This document shows positions 10,608-23,062 of a DNA stretch of 64,000 nucleotides, one piece after another (the first letter of the stretch is position 1; every line of letters starts with the position of its first letter). Made by a program: the position numbers and the translations under genes. This DNA comes from Asterias rubens (lineage: Eukaryota), in the NCBI RefSeq assembly GCF_902459465.1, contig NC_047068.1, positions 12,586,001-12,650,000 of the forward strand. Reading direction: 5' to 3'. The notes beneath the pieces are model-generated. The model ran no database searches. It worked only from the letters and a program-made list of their open reading frames with translations, and was not told where the DNA came from.

Positions 10608-10813
10608 TATCTTCAAGTTCTTAAATTTAAAGTTTTCTTGAGGAAATTTAGTTGTTTTTATAAACACCAGTCTTCGAGAATTAACACTGAACTTTTCCGC
10701 ATCGTCTTCATAACACTACCGCATCGCGATACGCGTATCAACTGGAATGTGAACTTTGAACTATATACATGTACACTGTCAGGACAATAACTTCATATTA
10801 TGAACTTCTTTAT

Positions 10814-10828
10814 TTAAAGAAAGGAAGA
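10814..10828 (+). promoter_or_regulatory. Polypurine tract
   Basis: AAAGAAAGGAAGA immediately precedes the 3' LTR. Confidence 0.85.
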
Positions 10829-10981
10829 TGTGGTGATTTTACATGTTATTGTAATAGCGCCCTCTCTTGGCAGACTTTAGACGGTTAAAACATGGCTACC
10901 TAGTTACAGACATGTAGCAGTTCATGAATAAATATAATCAAAGAATAATCCTTGCCATCCGTGTAATCTCAAATCAAAACA
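10829..10981 (+). repeat. 3' LTR (153 bp)
   Basis: Identical by eye to the 5' LTR. Confidence 0.95.
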
Positions 10982-10994
10982 AAGCAATCAATTC

Positions 10995-11126
10995 GGATAA
11001 CTTTCCGTATGGCGCCACCACCTTTTCACTCATTTTTACAAAAAGGGATATCTCATTGAGGTAAATTAGATACTATATTATTTCATATCGAATGAAAAAG
11101 TGGTGGCGCCATACAGAAACTTTTCC
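10995..11126. mobile_element. 132-bp MITE with 8-bp TSD, Merlin-like
   Basis: TIRs GGATAACTTTCCGTATGGCGCCACCAC / GTGGTGGCGCCATACAGAAACTTTTCC; TSD ATCAATTC at 10987-10994 and 11127-11134. Confidence 0.75.
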
Positions 11127-11222
11127 ATCAATTCAATGAGGAGACTGAGACTGGAACAACATGTTTACAATACTCCCTCACTCATTAGATCTTAGAGTAG
11201 GTGACTGATTATAGTGATAGTG

Positions 11223-11464
11223 TATAGTTGCGATAACGTAATCCTCCTCCCGCAAGCTTCAGGCTTCGCCGTCGGGGTTACGTTATAAAAAAAACTAAAT
11301 TAATGTAATGGTAATGTATAGGGGGCCTACTATTGTCCACACAAACAGCAATCAATGAGGAGACCGAGACTGGAACAACATGTTTACTTACTCCTTCACT
11401 CAGAGTCATAATAATTAGATCTTAGACTTAGAGTAGGTGACTGATAATATAGTGACTGATAGTG
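11223..11464 (+). repeat. Second, uninterrupted unit of a ~230-bp tandem duplication
   Basis: Matches 4641-4757 joined to 10982-10994 and 11135-11222. Confidence 0.85.
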
Positions 11465-11879
11465 ACCATCACCAGTACTATTATATTGTACGTAAGCTTT
11501 ACAGGCTAGACTTACTGTGTTCTCAAAGAATCGAATGGCTCCCGCTTAGACCATTAATTTTTCGACATTTATGTGAATAATGTTACTCAGGGCAACTACT
11601 GCACTGGTAACTGCATGGCATGTCGGCGCTCTGGACGAGTTGTCGGCGTTGTCGGCGAGTTGTCGGCTTTTAGTAGGACCCCATGTTGTAGATGATGTAC
11701 AAACGTAAACAAACCACGCCTCAATACTACAAAAAAGTACAACAGCGCCCTCTCTCTGTTTTCATTTTAGAGGAATCAATATTGTCCTGTTTTCATAATC
11801 TTTGCAAATATTAAAGCAAAAGTTTGTATGGTGATTATAAACCAATACAGTAACATTTATTACAATTCATAATATTTCA

Positions 11880-12330
11880 AATCATGACAAGGGGTAGGTC
11901 CAGCATTTTAATCAAATTTGGGCCAAATTAAAAAATCTTAAGAGGTCAGGCATTTTACAGAATTTTGGTTAAAGATTTTGGTATGGTCAGCTTTTTTTTT
12001 TTTTTTATTCAAATCCAATTTTAATAGAGTTTCTGTTAATTTAATATTGAAAAGCTCACAAGTTAGTCCAGTATTTATATCAAATTAAATTGTGGTCAAA
12101 TATTGAACAAAATAAAAATGTGTACCGTTAACAATTTTTTATTCCAGCATTTTTATTGAATTTGGGTCAAAATTTAAACAAATCACAAGGGGGCAAGTCC
12201 AGAATTTAATCAAGTTTGGGTCATTGAATGATCGATCCAGCATTTGTTATCAACTTTTTGTCCAAAAGTGGAATACTCACAAGGAGCAAGTCCAGCATAA
12301 TTATTTGAATCAAATTAGGGCCACTCTTGA
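11880..12330. repeat. Degenerate satellite-like array with a ~50-bp unit
   Basis: Recurrent CAAGGGG..GTCCAGCATTTT..TCAAATTTGGG motif. Confidence 0.5.
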
Positions 12331-12513
12331 AATTGGGATATTATGCTCTTAGATGCTGCAGTATGTGCTTTACTGATGCCTTTGTAGTTAACAAGGATAT
12401 CAGCTTTATTCTGGGGAAATATTGATCTTTTTGGTTATGTTTTTGAAAAGCCCTTCTGAATGGTACCAGAGTTCAAGTCAAACGAAATGGCTTCTTTTTG
12501 TTTTGGGGGCATA

Positions 12514-12875
12514 TTAAAGGCACTGGACACTATTGGTAATTACTCAAAACAATTTTTTATCATACAAACTTACTTGGTAATGAGCAGTTGAGAGCTGTTG
12601 ATAGTATAACACATTGAAAAATGGCTCCCTCTGATATAATGTAGTCTTTGAGAAAGAATTCATTTCTCACTAAAGTATTTGAAGTGAGTTCGAGACCTCA
12701 GCTGAGGTCTCCCTCAAGTTCGAGGCATCAGAAAGAACACAAGGTCGTTTTTCCTTCCATTCTCTCGCAACTTGGACGAACGATTGATGTTCAAATTTTC
12801 ACAGGTTTGTTATTTCATGCATTTGATGAGATACACCAAGTGACGTCTTTGACAAACTTGTCCAGTGCCTTTTAA
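12514..12875 (+). mobile_element. TTAA MITE family A (variant)
   Basis: TTAAAGGCACTGGACAC ... GTCCAGTGCCTTTTAA. Confidence 0.85.
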
Positions 12876-14926
12876 GTATATATGGTGAAATAAATCCAAC
12901 AATAGTAGTTTTGTTTTAAATAACGCATTTTAATAGACACATTTTATTTCTTCAAACAAAACATTCTCTTAACATTAAACACAGAATTTTCTAAACAACT
13001 GCTCAGCAACAGATAGTTGTGCATTTTTGAAAATATAAAATAATATATATGGAAAAAACTGAATAAATATAGAAGATTCATTCATTCTTATAGAAAACTG
13101 GAAGAGTGTATTTTTATTTTGTAATTGGACGGATCAAAAAATTACTCTGAAAACCAACAAGAAGTTTTTATTATTTGAACGTTTGAACGGACGGATTGTC
13201 TTAAAATACATTGATTTTTATTAAAATATGTTTGGAAAATGGGCTGAGAACAGCTCTTTGGAAGAAAAAAATAAAAAAATATGTAGTTTGCTGTGTGCCC
13301 TAAAGAAGGTTTGGAGTATATAGCAACCTATTCTGCTGAACAAAAAGTACAACTCCATACTCCAAACAAAACTCTTTTGAAAAGGGGAGTAAAAACACCC
13401 CAAAACAGTAGAGCGTGATTATTGGTTTTTGTTGCTAGAATTACACGTACTCCTGAGAAATAATTTTTTTCCATTCCCATGCAAAATTTAACTTTCCTGA
13501 TGACATTATAAACAAAGATACTGTATTCATACTCGTTTTTTTCTGGAAACACAGTTTTGAAGAGCAACAAAAGGTAATTATTATTCAGGGCACACAACGA
13601 TATTGTGATTATTGATTTATAAGTTGTACAACATAACTAACTTAAAAAAATTATGTATGAATGAGCAAAATGATTAAGCATATGGACGGCATTTCTAACA
13701 TAGAACAAATTAGGCATCAACTAGAAAAAGATAACCTTTTAAACGCAAATAGTCAATTTGTACAATGGTCCAAGTTTGTCCTTCAATATATATTTTTTTA
13801 TGATTTCAACAAAGACAAAACATAGCTTGAATAAAACACAAATTTGGATGGAGTTTTCAAATGACTGCATCTTGAACACATTTAAGATTTTCTTTTTTTT
13901 TTACAAATATAAAACACACAAAAAAGTACCCATACATTTCTGGTAAAGAACTGCTACTGAAACCTGTGTAAACATGGCCACCTTTCTTAATACCCCCAAC
14001 CACCTCACCCCTTCAAAATCTTACTGCATGTTTTGTTTGATTTAGTTGGACTGAGGATTGCACTTCCTAAACTGATACATAATTACAAGGCATACCAACC
14101 ACCTTATAGTTAGAGTTGAACAGTTTGGGTGTTTAGTTTACCATATTGATGTAGGGTTTTATTAAAGAGCTACAAAGGATCCCAGTAAATCGCTCAAAAG
14201 ACCTGGGGTTATTATTGCTTTCAAAATTTCAAAATCTTGACTCGACATACATTCTCAGTTCTAAAATAATTCATTGTTAGAAACTTTAAAGGCACAACTG
14301 GGGTGCTAGAATGAAGATACAGTATCATTAGGCAAGTTTATTCAAGTACAAGAGAAAGGACACTTTTTGATAGAAAACATTGCGATTTAAATTCAGAAGA
14401 TTTTGAATGATTTTTAAAAAATGTTTTCGTATCTAGACAGAAGCCAGGGCCATGACCCCGCTGGCGGAATCACCTTATAAGTGACCATTTACAAATGTTA
14501 GTCTAAAAAAAAACATATTTGCAATAAAAGTCACATATTTCACATTTTGGAATTGTTTTAGTGTAGCGACAAACTTTTGTTACATTTCATCCCCAAACTG
14601 CGATACGGAAACTGTTAAACTCAAGAGCATTTGGAATATTTACATCAACAAATATATACATATAACCAAAGAAGTTCTAGAATTCATTGAATGTTTTAAA
14701 ATGTTTTAACATTTTTATTTACCCTTTACATTATCTCTGTTTTTTGTTCAATAATGCTGTCATCAAGTACCCCAAGACAGGCTACTTGGAAGAGAGTGTT
14801 GCTGAATTTGGTCACACAAAATATTTCACAACAATCTTCTGAAGGTGATACCTGTGTTGGTCCTTCTCAGGTTGTAGCGTAAACTTGGGTAAACTACAAC
14901 TATATATAAACAAGGACTACCAACAT

Positions 14927-15020
14927 AGGGCTAGATAGTTTGGTTGGTAGAGCAACAAGCCTGTTAATCTGGAGGTCAATGTATCCCTTCATAGTCAATT
15001 ATTCCCTTATTCACCTAAAA
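14927..15020 (+). mobile_element. tRNA-Asn-like short SINE, degenerate; relatives at about 17575, 36514 and 45652
   Basis: GGGCTAGATAG..GGTAGAGC..TGTTAATC.GGAGG head. Confidence 0.55.
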
Positions 15021-15295
15021 GTAAACATCAAATGTTAAAACTTGCTAGTTAATAATCCTCCAGTGATTGTGAATCTGGAAAAATCTGATTCAAGAAATTA
15101 GTTTGTATTTTTTGCTGTATGAATGAAATTTGTTTGTTTATATGTTGTATATTTTTATAACAAAGTTGGAAGATATACACCCACTCTGAAAGTAGTTTTT
15201 CGTTATTATGCTAAGTTTTGCATAATATCCAAGAACTCTGTGTACATCGTACCTCAGAAAGTATCGAAGTTGTTGAGTATTATTTCCATTTATCT

Positions 15296-18200
15296 CTAGA
15301 CTTGTAGCAGAAGAGCTACACCGGCTAGAGTCCACTTAGCTGGCTTCTCCTTGGACTTGAGGTTAAAGGTCCAGACGAACGTGGGCCCACGCTGTTTTGT
15401 CTTGTAAACCGGGCACTCGTAGATGTTACGCGTCTCCTGTTTGTCGACCGATATACCGCGAATGAAGGTGACGGGCATACTAGGGGCCAGCTCCTTAAGG
15501 CGCGCATCGGCGATCATGCCGATCTGGGTGTCCCATCTTGCGCCCTCCATGAAGAGTCCGTGAACGTAAGCGCCCTCGCGGGGCGGGCTGCTGAAGTCTT
15601 CTTTGTTCTTCTTGGTGACGTCACACTGCAGACACATCTTATCCAGGGGCCACTCGTTCTTGCGAGCCATGGACTGCATGATAGCGGTCAGGAAGCTCTG
15701 AGGGTTGAAGAAGCCGCCCAGCCAGACGACGGTGGGGAGGGCAAAGTCGGCCGTCCAACTTTCCAGCTCCTTGATTCGCAGTAACAGGTCGGCGTACCAG
15801 GCCGACAGACCCAACATGCTTGGGTAAGCACGCTTATTCCAGGTCTCTGGTACCTGGTCCAGGAACAGCGCGTTGCTCAAATCTTCCATGTCCGATGTAA
15901 TTGTGAGCTCACCCTGTGGGTTAGAAACATAAAAACCCAAACATTTTCAACCATGCACAATAAACACAGGCAAAATCTACAGCTTTAGACACATCATTCA
16001 CTTCATCAAACACCCCAAAATGTTCAAGATTTGTATGTACTTCATATTGTTGTCTAAACATAAATACAACAAACTCTCCTATCTGGCTCACTATAAACGC
16101 ATGAACAACATGTGAACATTTTACCTTGAATATCAATATTGCTGTGCATAATTTTTAATCCATGCTAGATGCTTTTTTTTTTACACCTGATATTCTTAAT
16201 TAATATTTTCATCTGTCTGTTTATTGTTAAATAATTTTAAGCGTTTTGTTCTGTACTGTTTGAATCATGGCCTGTTTTAATTGCCCCAGTGTGGGATAAT
16301 AAAGTTATTATCTTATCTTATCTTATCTTAACCTTGTACCAAACAAGGACACATCCCCAAGCGAAGTCTCATTATCCCTTGTGGCGTCTCATTGGAAAAC
16401 GGTTGTAATAGAAAGGGAGGGGTAACAGGAAGGACCGCACCTTCAACCCAATGTCAAGCTCTATGAGTGTGCATCTTATGTTGGGGGTGAGAACATCCAT
16501 AGGTCGATATTGAGACAGAGGTTGTAAAGCAATGGGGGGGGGGAGGAGGAACTCACCTTCAACCCGAGGTCCAGCTCTTTGAGCGAGCGTCTCATGTCAG
16601 AGGTCAGCATGTTCATACGTTCACATTCCTGGAAGGCCACCACGATGTACGGGGTTCGCTCCTCTACCTTGCCCATGATCTCCAACATGTTGAACTCATC
16701 CGGCAGCTTCTCCGTCATCTCGTCCAGCAGGGATTTGATCTGTTTACAGGTAATAAGAATAATAATAATAAAAACATTTATATAGGGCCAAAACCATTTA
16801 AAAGACAAACGTTCACAGGCGCTTAACAAGAATTTTAAGTACATAATCAGCAAAATAAAAATAGTTAGGAAGAGTAACCCGTCTTAACTCTCGTCCTAAC
16901 TTAGCATTGGTTCAAATGCGTCCTACGCCTTTGGATACAGAACTTAACTCGTCCTAAGTCCTAAGATCAATCCTAAGTAAGGAAGAGTTTGGTGAAATCG
17001 AGGGCAGGTCTTTTACCAAACATGTCCAGTGCCTTTTCATGATGAAATGGCAGAAAAGAACCTCACCTTCTCCTCTCTACTGCTTCCACCGCCTGCTCCT
17101 GCACCGCTGTCTCGAGGCTGCATCTCCAACACCACCTTGAAGAGATTGTCTGAGGTGGTGGTCAAGAAGCCGATCTCGGCATTGGGATGAAGCCCGTAGA
17201 GGTAAGGGCTCTCAGGCGGGAGTATCTCATCTATGTACTGATGGTAGCCGACGTAGTCCGAGTTGGGTGGGATGGGAAAGCCTGGTGCCAGGTATACTTC
17301 ACCGTCGAGCTGTGGATTGAGGTAAGAGTGGAATCTTGTTATTCTATTCGTATAAAGTATTTGTTGTTTTGTATTTTTATGTGAAATTGCCTAATAATTA
17401 ATAATAATAATAAGTTTGTTTCTGTTTCGGTTTTTTTTTAATGAGAGATGGCCTAACATAAACAAGCCACGGATGGTCACTACAAGGAAAGGGTGACACT
17501 TAACTGATTTGGGCTATCACCCCAAACCAAAGGCCACCAGGGGCACCTTGCACTACCTTCAAAACTTTTTTGGTTAAGTACCTTGCTCAAGTTGGTAGAG
17601 TGCCGACATGTTAATCCAGAGATCGTAAATTTGTCTTTGTTCAACCCCAACTATGTAAAACGATTTACTTACCATGTCTGGTTGCATGTATTCCTCAAGG
17701 TAGGTTCTACACAGTCTTCTGTCCCAGTCGTCGGTGATATGACCTCCGTACATGATCTCACCAAACAGGTAGCGAAGATCCTCCCATGGCACCTAAAAGT
17801 ACAGTGAAGAGAATACACAACCACAGGGATAAATATCTTGTAGAATTATCAACAGGTCTCAACTTTGGATAGAGTCAAGAATTAATACAAGGTATACCCT
17901 AAGTGACTGAGATAAATATCTTGTGGAATTACCAACATTTCTTAATTTGGTATCGAATCTCGAGTTAACCAATAGTAGACCTTGAGTGGCTCTTTTCTAT
18001 CCACACAGTTTTAGAGAAAGTAAACATTATGGCAAATTTCATTGCAACCCAGTGTTTTTTTAATGGGTTTTTTTGTACCTGTTTGTCTTGTCTCCTTGTT
18101 TGTAGTTTGTCTGTCTAGGCTGTCTTCTACAAGCTTTGGTTTAATCTGACCGCCTCATACTTCCTATATTTTGGTCTACATGGATTAAGTCGTTCCCCAC

Positions 18201-21200
18201 CATCTCCTGTGCTTGTTATTTTGCTTATCTATGTAATTCTCTGTGTGAATGTTATATTTTGAGAGGAGCATTATGAAAAAATATCGAGTTGAATTTAATT
18301 GAAGTAACTACTGTATTTAAAGATAAAATATGTCTTGCTGACAGACCAAACAGAAATAAGTTTCGGTTCCTCACCAAATTTCACTCCTCCACGTCCCACA
18401 TAGCGACAAATAAAAAGAAAAAAAGGAAAAAAGCCACAAACCTTAGAGTTAGCCTCCAAGTAGTTGTAGAGCACATTGACCGAGATCGTCAGATCACCAG
18501 TGTTGAAAGGATACACTCTGTTCCAGCCCTGGGGGCCGAACTTGCGCCTCTCTGCCACCACGGCGTGAAAGTAACACAGAGAGAAGAGGATGGCTTTGAA
18601 CTCTGCCTCACGAGCGCACATCTCTAGAGTGTCTTGGTCAAAGTTATAGAGAGCCTTGTGGAGGTTGGCGAACATACCGGTCGGAGGCTCGTTGGTGATC
18701 TTAATAGAGGCTTGAAGGATACCCTGAAATACAAAAATAGTCAGTTAGAGTTTTTCTTCATACAATTTTATATTAGATTCAGTGCGCCTTTACAAATGAT
18801 GTGAAATTTATACTATTATTATCAATATGACTGTTAAACTCCAATTCAATCTGGTTTATACTTTTATACGTGAAGTTTTAATGTCAGAATTACATTATTG
18901 TTCCATTTTTCTGAGTATTCAACCTGATCATAGCTTTCATGTTTTTAATATTATTATTGTATGTATGTTCTTGTGAATGTAATTTTCTTTTTAAGCATTG
19001 GATTTGCCATTTTCACCATTTTAAAATCATGTTATTTTTTTAGTACAACTCAATAAAATGGCTTCTCAATAAAGTTCACCATTACTACAACCAGAGCCAT
19101 ATTTAACAGTGATAGCTTTGTACTTCATACATAAGACCTTTAAGTAGTGTTTGTGGACAACCGCAATTTAGACCAAATCCCACCCACTGCTACACTAGAA
19201 ATAACGGGTGTGACTAGGTACGAACCTGTGGAATGTAATGGCTTTCTGGGGTGCCAGCGGGCTCAGCGCTCATGAAGACACGGTAGTCAGGATGGCTACC
19301 TTCACCGGTAGCTTCCAGCTTCTTTTCAAGGGTACTCAACCACTTGGCCACCAAGTGAATGTTCTGCAAGAAATGAAAACAGAATTTGATATCTAATTTT
19401 CTAATTTGTTTTTTTTTCTCTTTTTGCATGAAAGTTCTCCTCCAGAAAACAAATGAAACGGCAGAGGCCAGTTTTACAGCAAATTGGACATGATTAAAAG
19501 TTGCACACTTTGCAAGTTATTATTTAAACTAAATATAAGGGTTTACAACTGTATTTTTTTACGATAACAAAGGAGGCTACATGTACTTCCTAAAAGTGGC
19601 CGTGTGCGAATTGGCGGCTAAAGCTAATATAAGGCTGGATCACTGCTAAGCTAGTTACCAATCACAAATGGTACATATATAACATGGTAGTTTGGCTTAT
19701 AACCTTATTCTGATAAGCATAATTTTGTTGTACTTAGTACTTTTGTTGTGCTTAAAAGCAGCTTTATGAGATTGGGCCCTTGTTTTTATCAAAAACTTGA
19801 AACAAAATGCGATTAAACTGACCTGGAGGATGACCCAATGACCCTCCTTAGCAGCGAGGTCCATGCTCTGCTCTGCAACAATTTCCTGGCCCTGTCCCAG
19901 TGACACATTATGGAAGTTCTTGTTGTCGAACGTCCAGCCGATCTTCTTGCCGAGAGCTTCTACGTCCTTCAGCGGGTCCACACCCGGAGAGAGGATGAAG
20001 AATACGGGCGTGGCCGGTCCGGTCTCCTCAAAGGATTTGGAGAATTCCACGGCGCGATTCTCAACGTACTTAGGGCCGAGCTTCTCCTCAATGAAATTCC
20101 TGAAAATCAGGAGGAAACAGAAAACACAAAAACCACATTAAAAAATATCAAAAGAAGGATTAAAATCTACAACCATTGGATTAAAATTGGTACTGTACCA
20201 ATTGATACCTTGAAACAACAAACACATGGTAACATAACAAGATTTGACTGGAAATGTGCCATTAGTACTGTAAAATACTCAAAAGTCGTGCACTTTTTAA
20301 CATACACAAATTTGTTCTCATAGAACCCTACAGACTAAAAGCCTTTGAATACTGACATCATCACACCGATATCTTAGAGATACAAACGAATGAGTTGGGG
20401 TTGAAAAAAAACTTGATTTTCTTCCGTTTGTTCATGCGCCTTGAGTGCTTTACGATAAATACCTGTGGCACTTCAAGTTAACACTGTGTTTAACCCTTTT
20501 ACGTACCATTTATTTCAGTGATAAACTGTTCATATGTAGACACTAACTGTTTACCCCCCCCCCCCCCCAAAGAAAAGAAAAAAAAAAAAAAGAAAAAAAA
20601 CATGTCACAACCGCACACTCAGGAGTTCTCTGTCAAATTCTGAAAACTGTGTGGCCGTGGAATTTATAATTTTCATGTTACAACTATTTTTTTGAAGAGA
20701 TTATAAACCAGTCCCTAGCTAGTAACCGATCAACTTGTGGAAGACTTAACTTCTCCCCGACAAAGACACAATAAGGGTTCAATGTTTTGTACCTGACTGC
20801 GTATGACATTCTGTCCGAGCGCAGAGCTCTCATCATGCACAACTTCTGCAGGGACGACTTGTTCTTCCACTCCTGGGGGAACTTCTCCTTCTCTGGGCAT
20901 TCACTCTCCACGAACTTCTTCCATCGTTTGGCTGAGCCTTCGATGTCACGATCCAAGTTACGGAACTCTTCCATTGCGGCTAGCGACTATCACGGACAAA
21001 GTGAGATTAGGAAACTTTGAGTCACAAAGATAGAAGTATTATTTCATTTCACGTTTTTGTGCGTTGTTTAAAGGGTCCGAGTATATTTTGTTTGACACAA
21101 AACACAACGTCAACAGATTTACATTTTAATTACACGGTTTAAAGGTTGTGATGGTAGAAAGCTTCCCTTTAAATATTACTTACTAAAGTGCTGTATTTTT

Positions 21201-22693
21201 TGAGAAATGATTGAAACAGTTTTACAACCAAAACAATTGTCTCAGCGACACAAAAAATATTGTTAGCCAGTTCGACGGATAAGACTCTCCTGAAAACATT
21301 GCTCTGTGATTTTCACTATTGTTTTCTCAAAAACTTGACAACTAATGAGGCTGAAACTTCTACAGGTAAATTATTTGACATACATATTCATTCACAGTGA
21401 GTAGGGATTCATTTCATGACCAAAAACTTGATAAACAAAGGTACCAAAACTCTTTAAGGGGGGAAATAAATACGATGCCAAAGAAACTGACATAATTATG
21501 TAAAGTTCTTCTAATTCTACACTTAGTTTAAAAACAACAACATTTATGCAGTCGATGCGGAGCATGGAATGAGGGCCCTCCAAACTAATGGTCTTCCATT
21601 GCTGTACGCAGCTCCTCCTGTTGCAGGCCAGAGTCCCGGCACGCAAGGTGTCCACAGGTGGTTTGTGGTCTGCCACAGGAACAATGTCCCTGAGAAGGAC
21701 CCGTAGCACCAGCCTGAAAACAACAGCACCCTCTCGGATATATGTTTGACTTACCTTGATAGCACCCCAGGCTGGGTTGGAGAGGAAGTCCACTGGACTA
21801 GTGACGTTGACTTGAGACGGGAAACGGAGCAGGAAGTCCAGCTCAATAGGGTTGATCTCTTTCTTCATCAGAAGAATCTAAAAAAGGCAAAAGTTCAAAA
21901 AAATATAACCAAGGTTTTAAAAACCCATCTTAGATAAAGTTCAAGTGGGGGAAGAGCGGGGGGTAGTGATCTTTGAAACTTATGTTATCGCATGTTTTGG
22001 TTGCTCAGGATGAAAAGACTTTTTCATTGGTTGTTGAGGCGCCAGCGCTCTGATTAAACTGCGATACGCATTAGATTTATTTGTTAAATTGCATAGTGTT
22101 CGAGCATAGATTTACAAAAGGGGTTTCTAAATAAGTTAAGAGCAAGTAAATATCTTTGTTCCAGAGTTTTAATTTGGTTTCAATAATATTTAACAAGTCA
22201 TTTGTGTTTCAATATATAAGCTACAACTCATTTTATAAGAACTGTTAAGAGTATTTTTATTGTTCAGATTATTCTTTTTTGATATATTTTAAAACAACAT
22301 TTGTATTAAGAAATAAATATGTTCATGAAAAATAGTTGTAAAGTGAAAAAATTAATACCGCAACACCACAGTTTCCAGAATGGGAAACAGGACTTTTTTA
22401 AGATGCTACATTGTATTTTGAGCTGTTTCTGAAAGGGTAGCCATGTGCAAAAGAAACAATTGCACAATTAATGTCTAACTTATGATTACTCAAATAAATT
22501 GTGCATGAGAGGGTTAACTTACTTGGAGAGCCACTTGCGTTGTGAAGATAAGCTTGTCTTGCTCAAACAGACCTCTTGTGGTGTAGATGAAGACTGAGTA
22601 GGTGATGAAGTCGATAAGATTCATCACACGTTCCTTGACTTCATCTGATGGTTCCGCTCTCTCAATAGCCTTGGAAAATACTACGTTGAAAGC
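15296..22693 (-). CDS. DNAH9: Dynein AAA6 and C-terminal exons (10)
   Basis: 22523-22693, 21755-21877, 20793-20986, 19823-20099, 19226-19363, 18442-18723, 17673-17792, 17067-17309, 16557-16739, 15296-15913. [35 protein letters not shown]. Confidence 0.96.
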
Positions 22694-23020
22694 CTGTAAA
22701 GGTTGGAGTAGCAGCAAAAGAATTAAACATTGGTGTAAGGGTAGAGCCATCAAAATTAATATTCCTTACCCCGATGCAAACTTAACATCTGTATAAATCA
22801 TTTTGGTACCTGCTGCAAAAGTATAGGATTCAAACTGCCTCTAGCTACTGGGCAATCTCGGTGGTCTAAATGATAAGACGCTGCTCTAGAATTGTAAAGG
22901 TTGTGGGTTTGAGTCCCACCAGAGTAATATGCCTGTTTTTTTTTTTGTTTTTTTTTTATTTTTTATTTTTGTTTAAACATAACTCAGGAAAGTACGAAGG
23001 GAGTATACAGTGCTAACCAA

Positions 23021-23062
<42 letters not shown>

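Larger units (their letters stand above)
4758..10981 (+). mobile_element. Ty3/Gypsy LTR retrotransposon, Mag/SURL-like, full length but disrupted
   Basis: TG...CA LTRs, PBS, PPT, and gag-PR-RT-RH-IN domain order; flanks AAAC / AAGC (imperfect 4-bp TSD). Confidence 0.95.

Noticed and set aside
13291-13597. Possible MITE with TGTGTGCCCT / AGGGCACACA ends
   Set aside because: Only a 10-bp inverted match, with no TSD and no second copy in the window.
15560-15784. + strand ORFs over dynein exons (also 23970, 26370, 30567, 58099, 60663)
   Set aside because: They are antisense shadows of GC3-rich coding exons.
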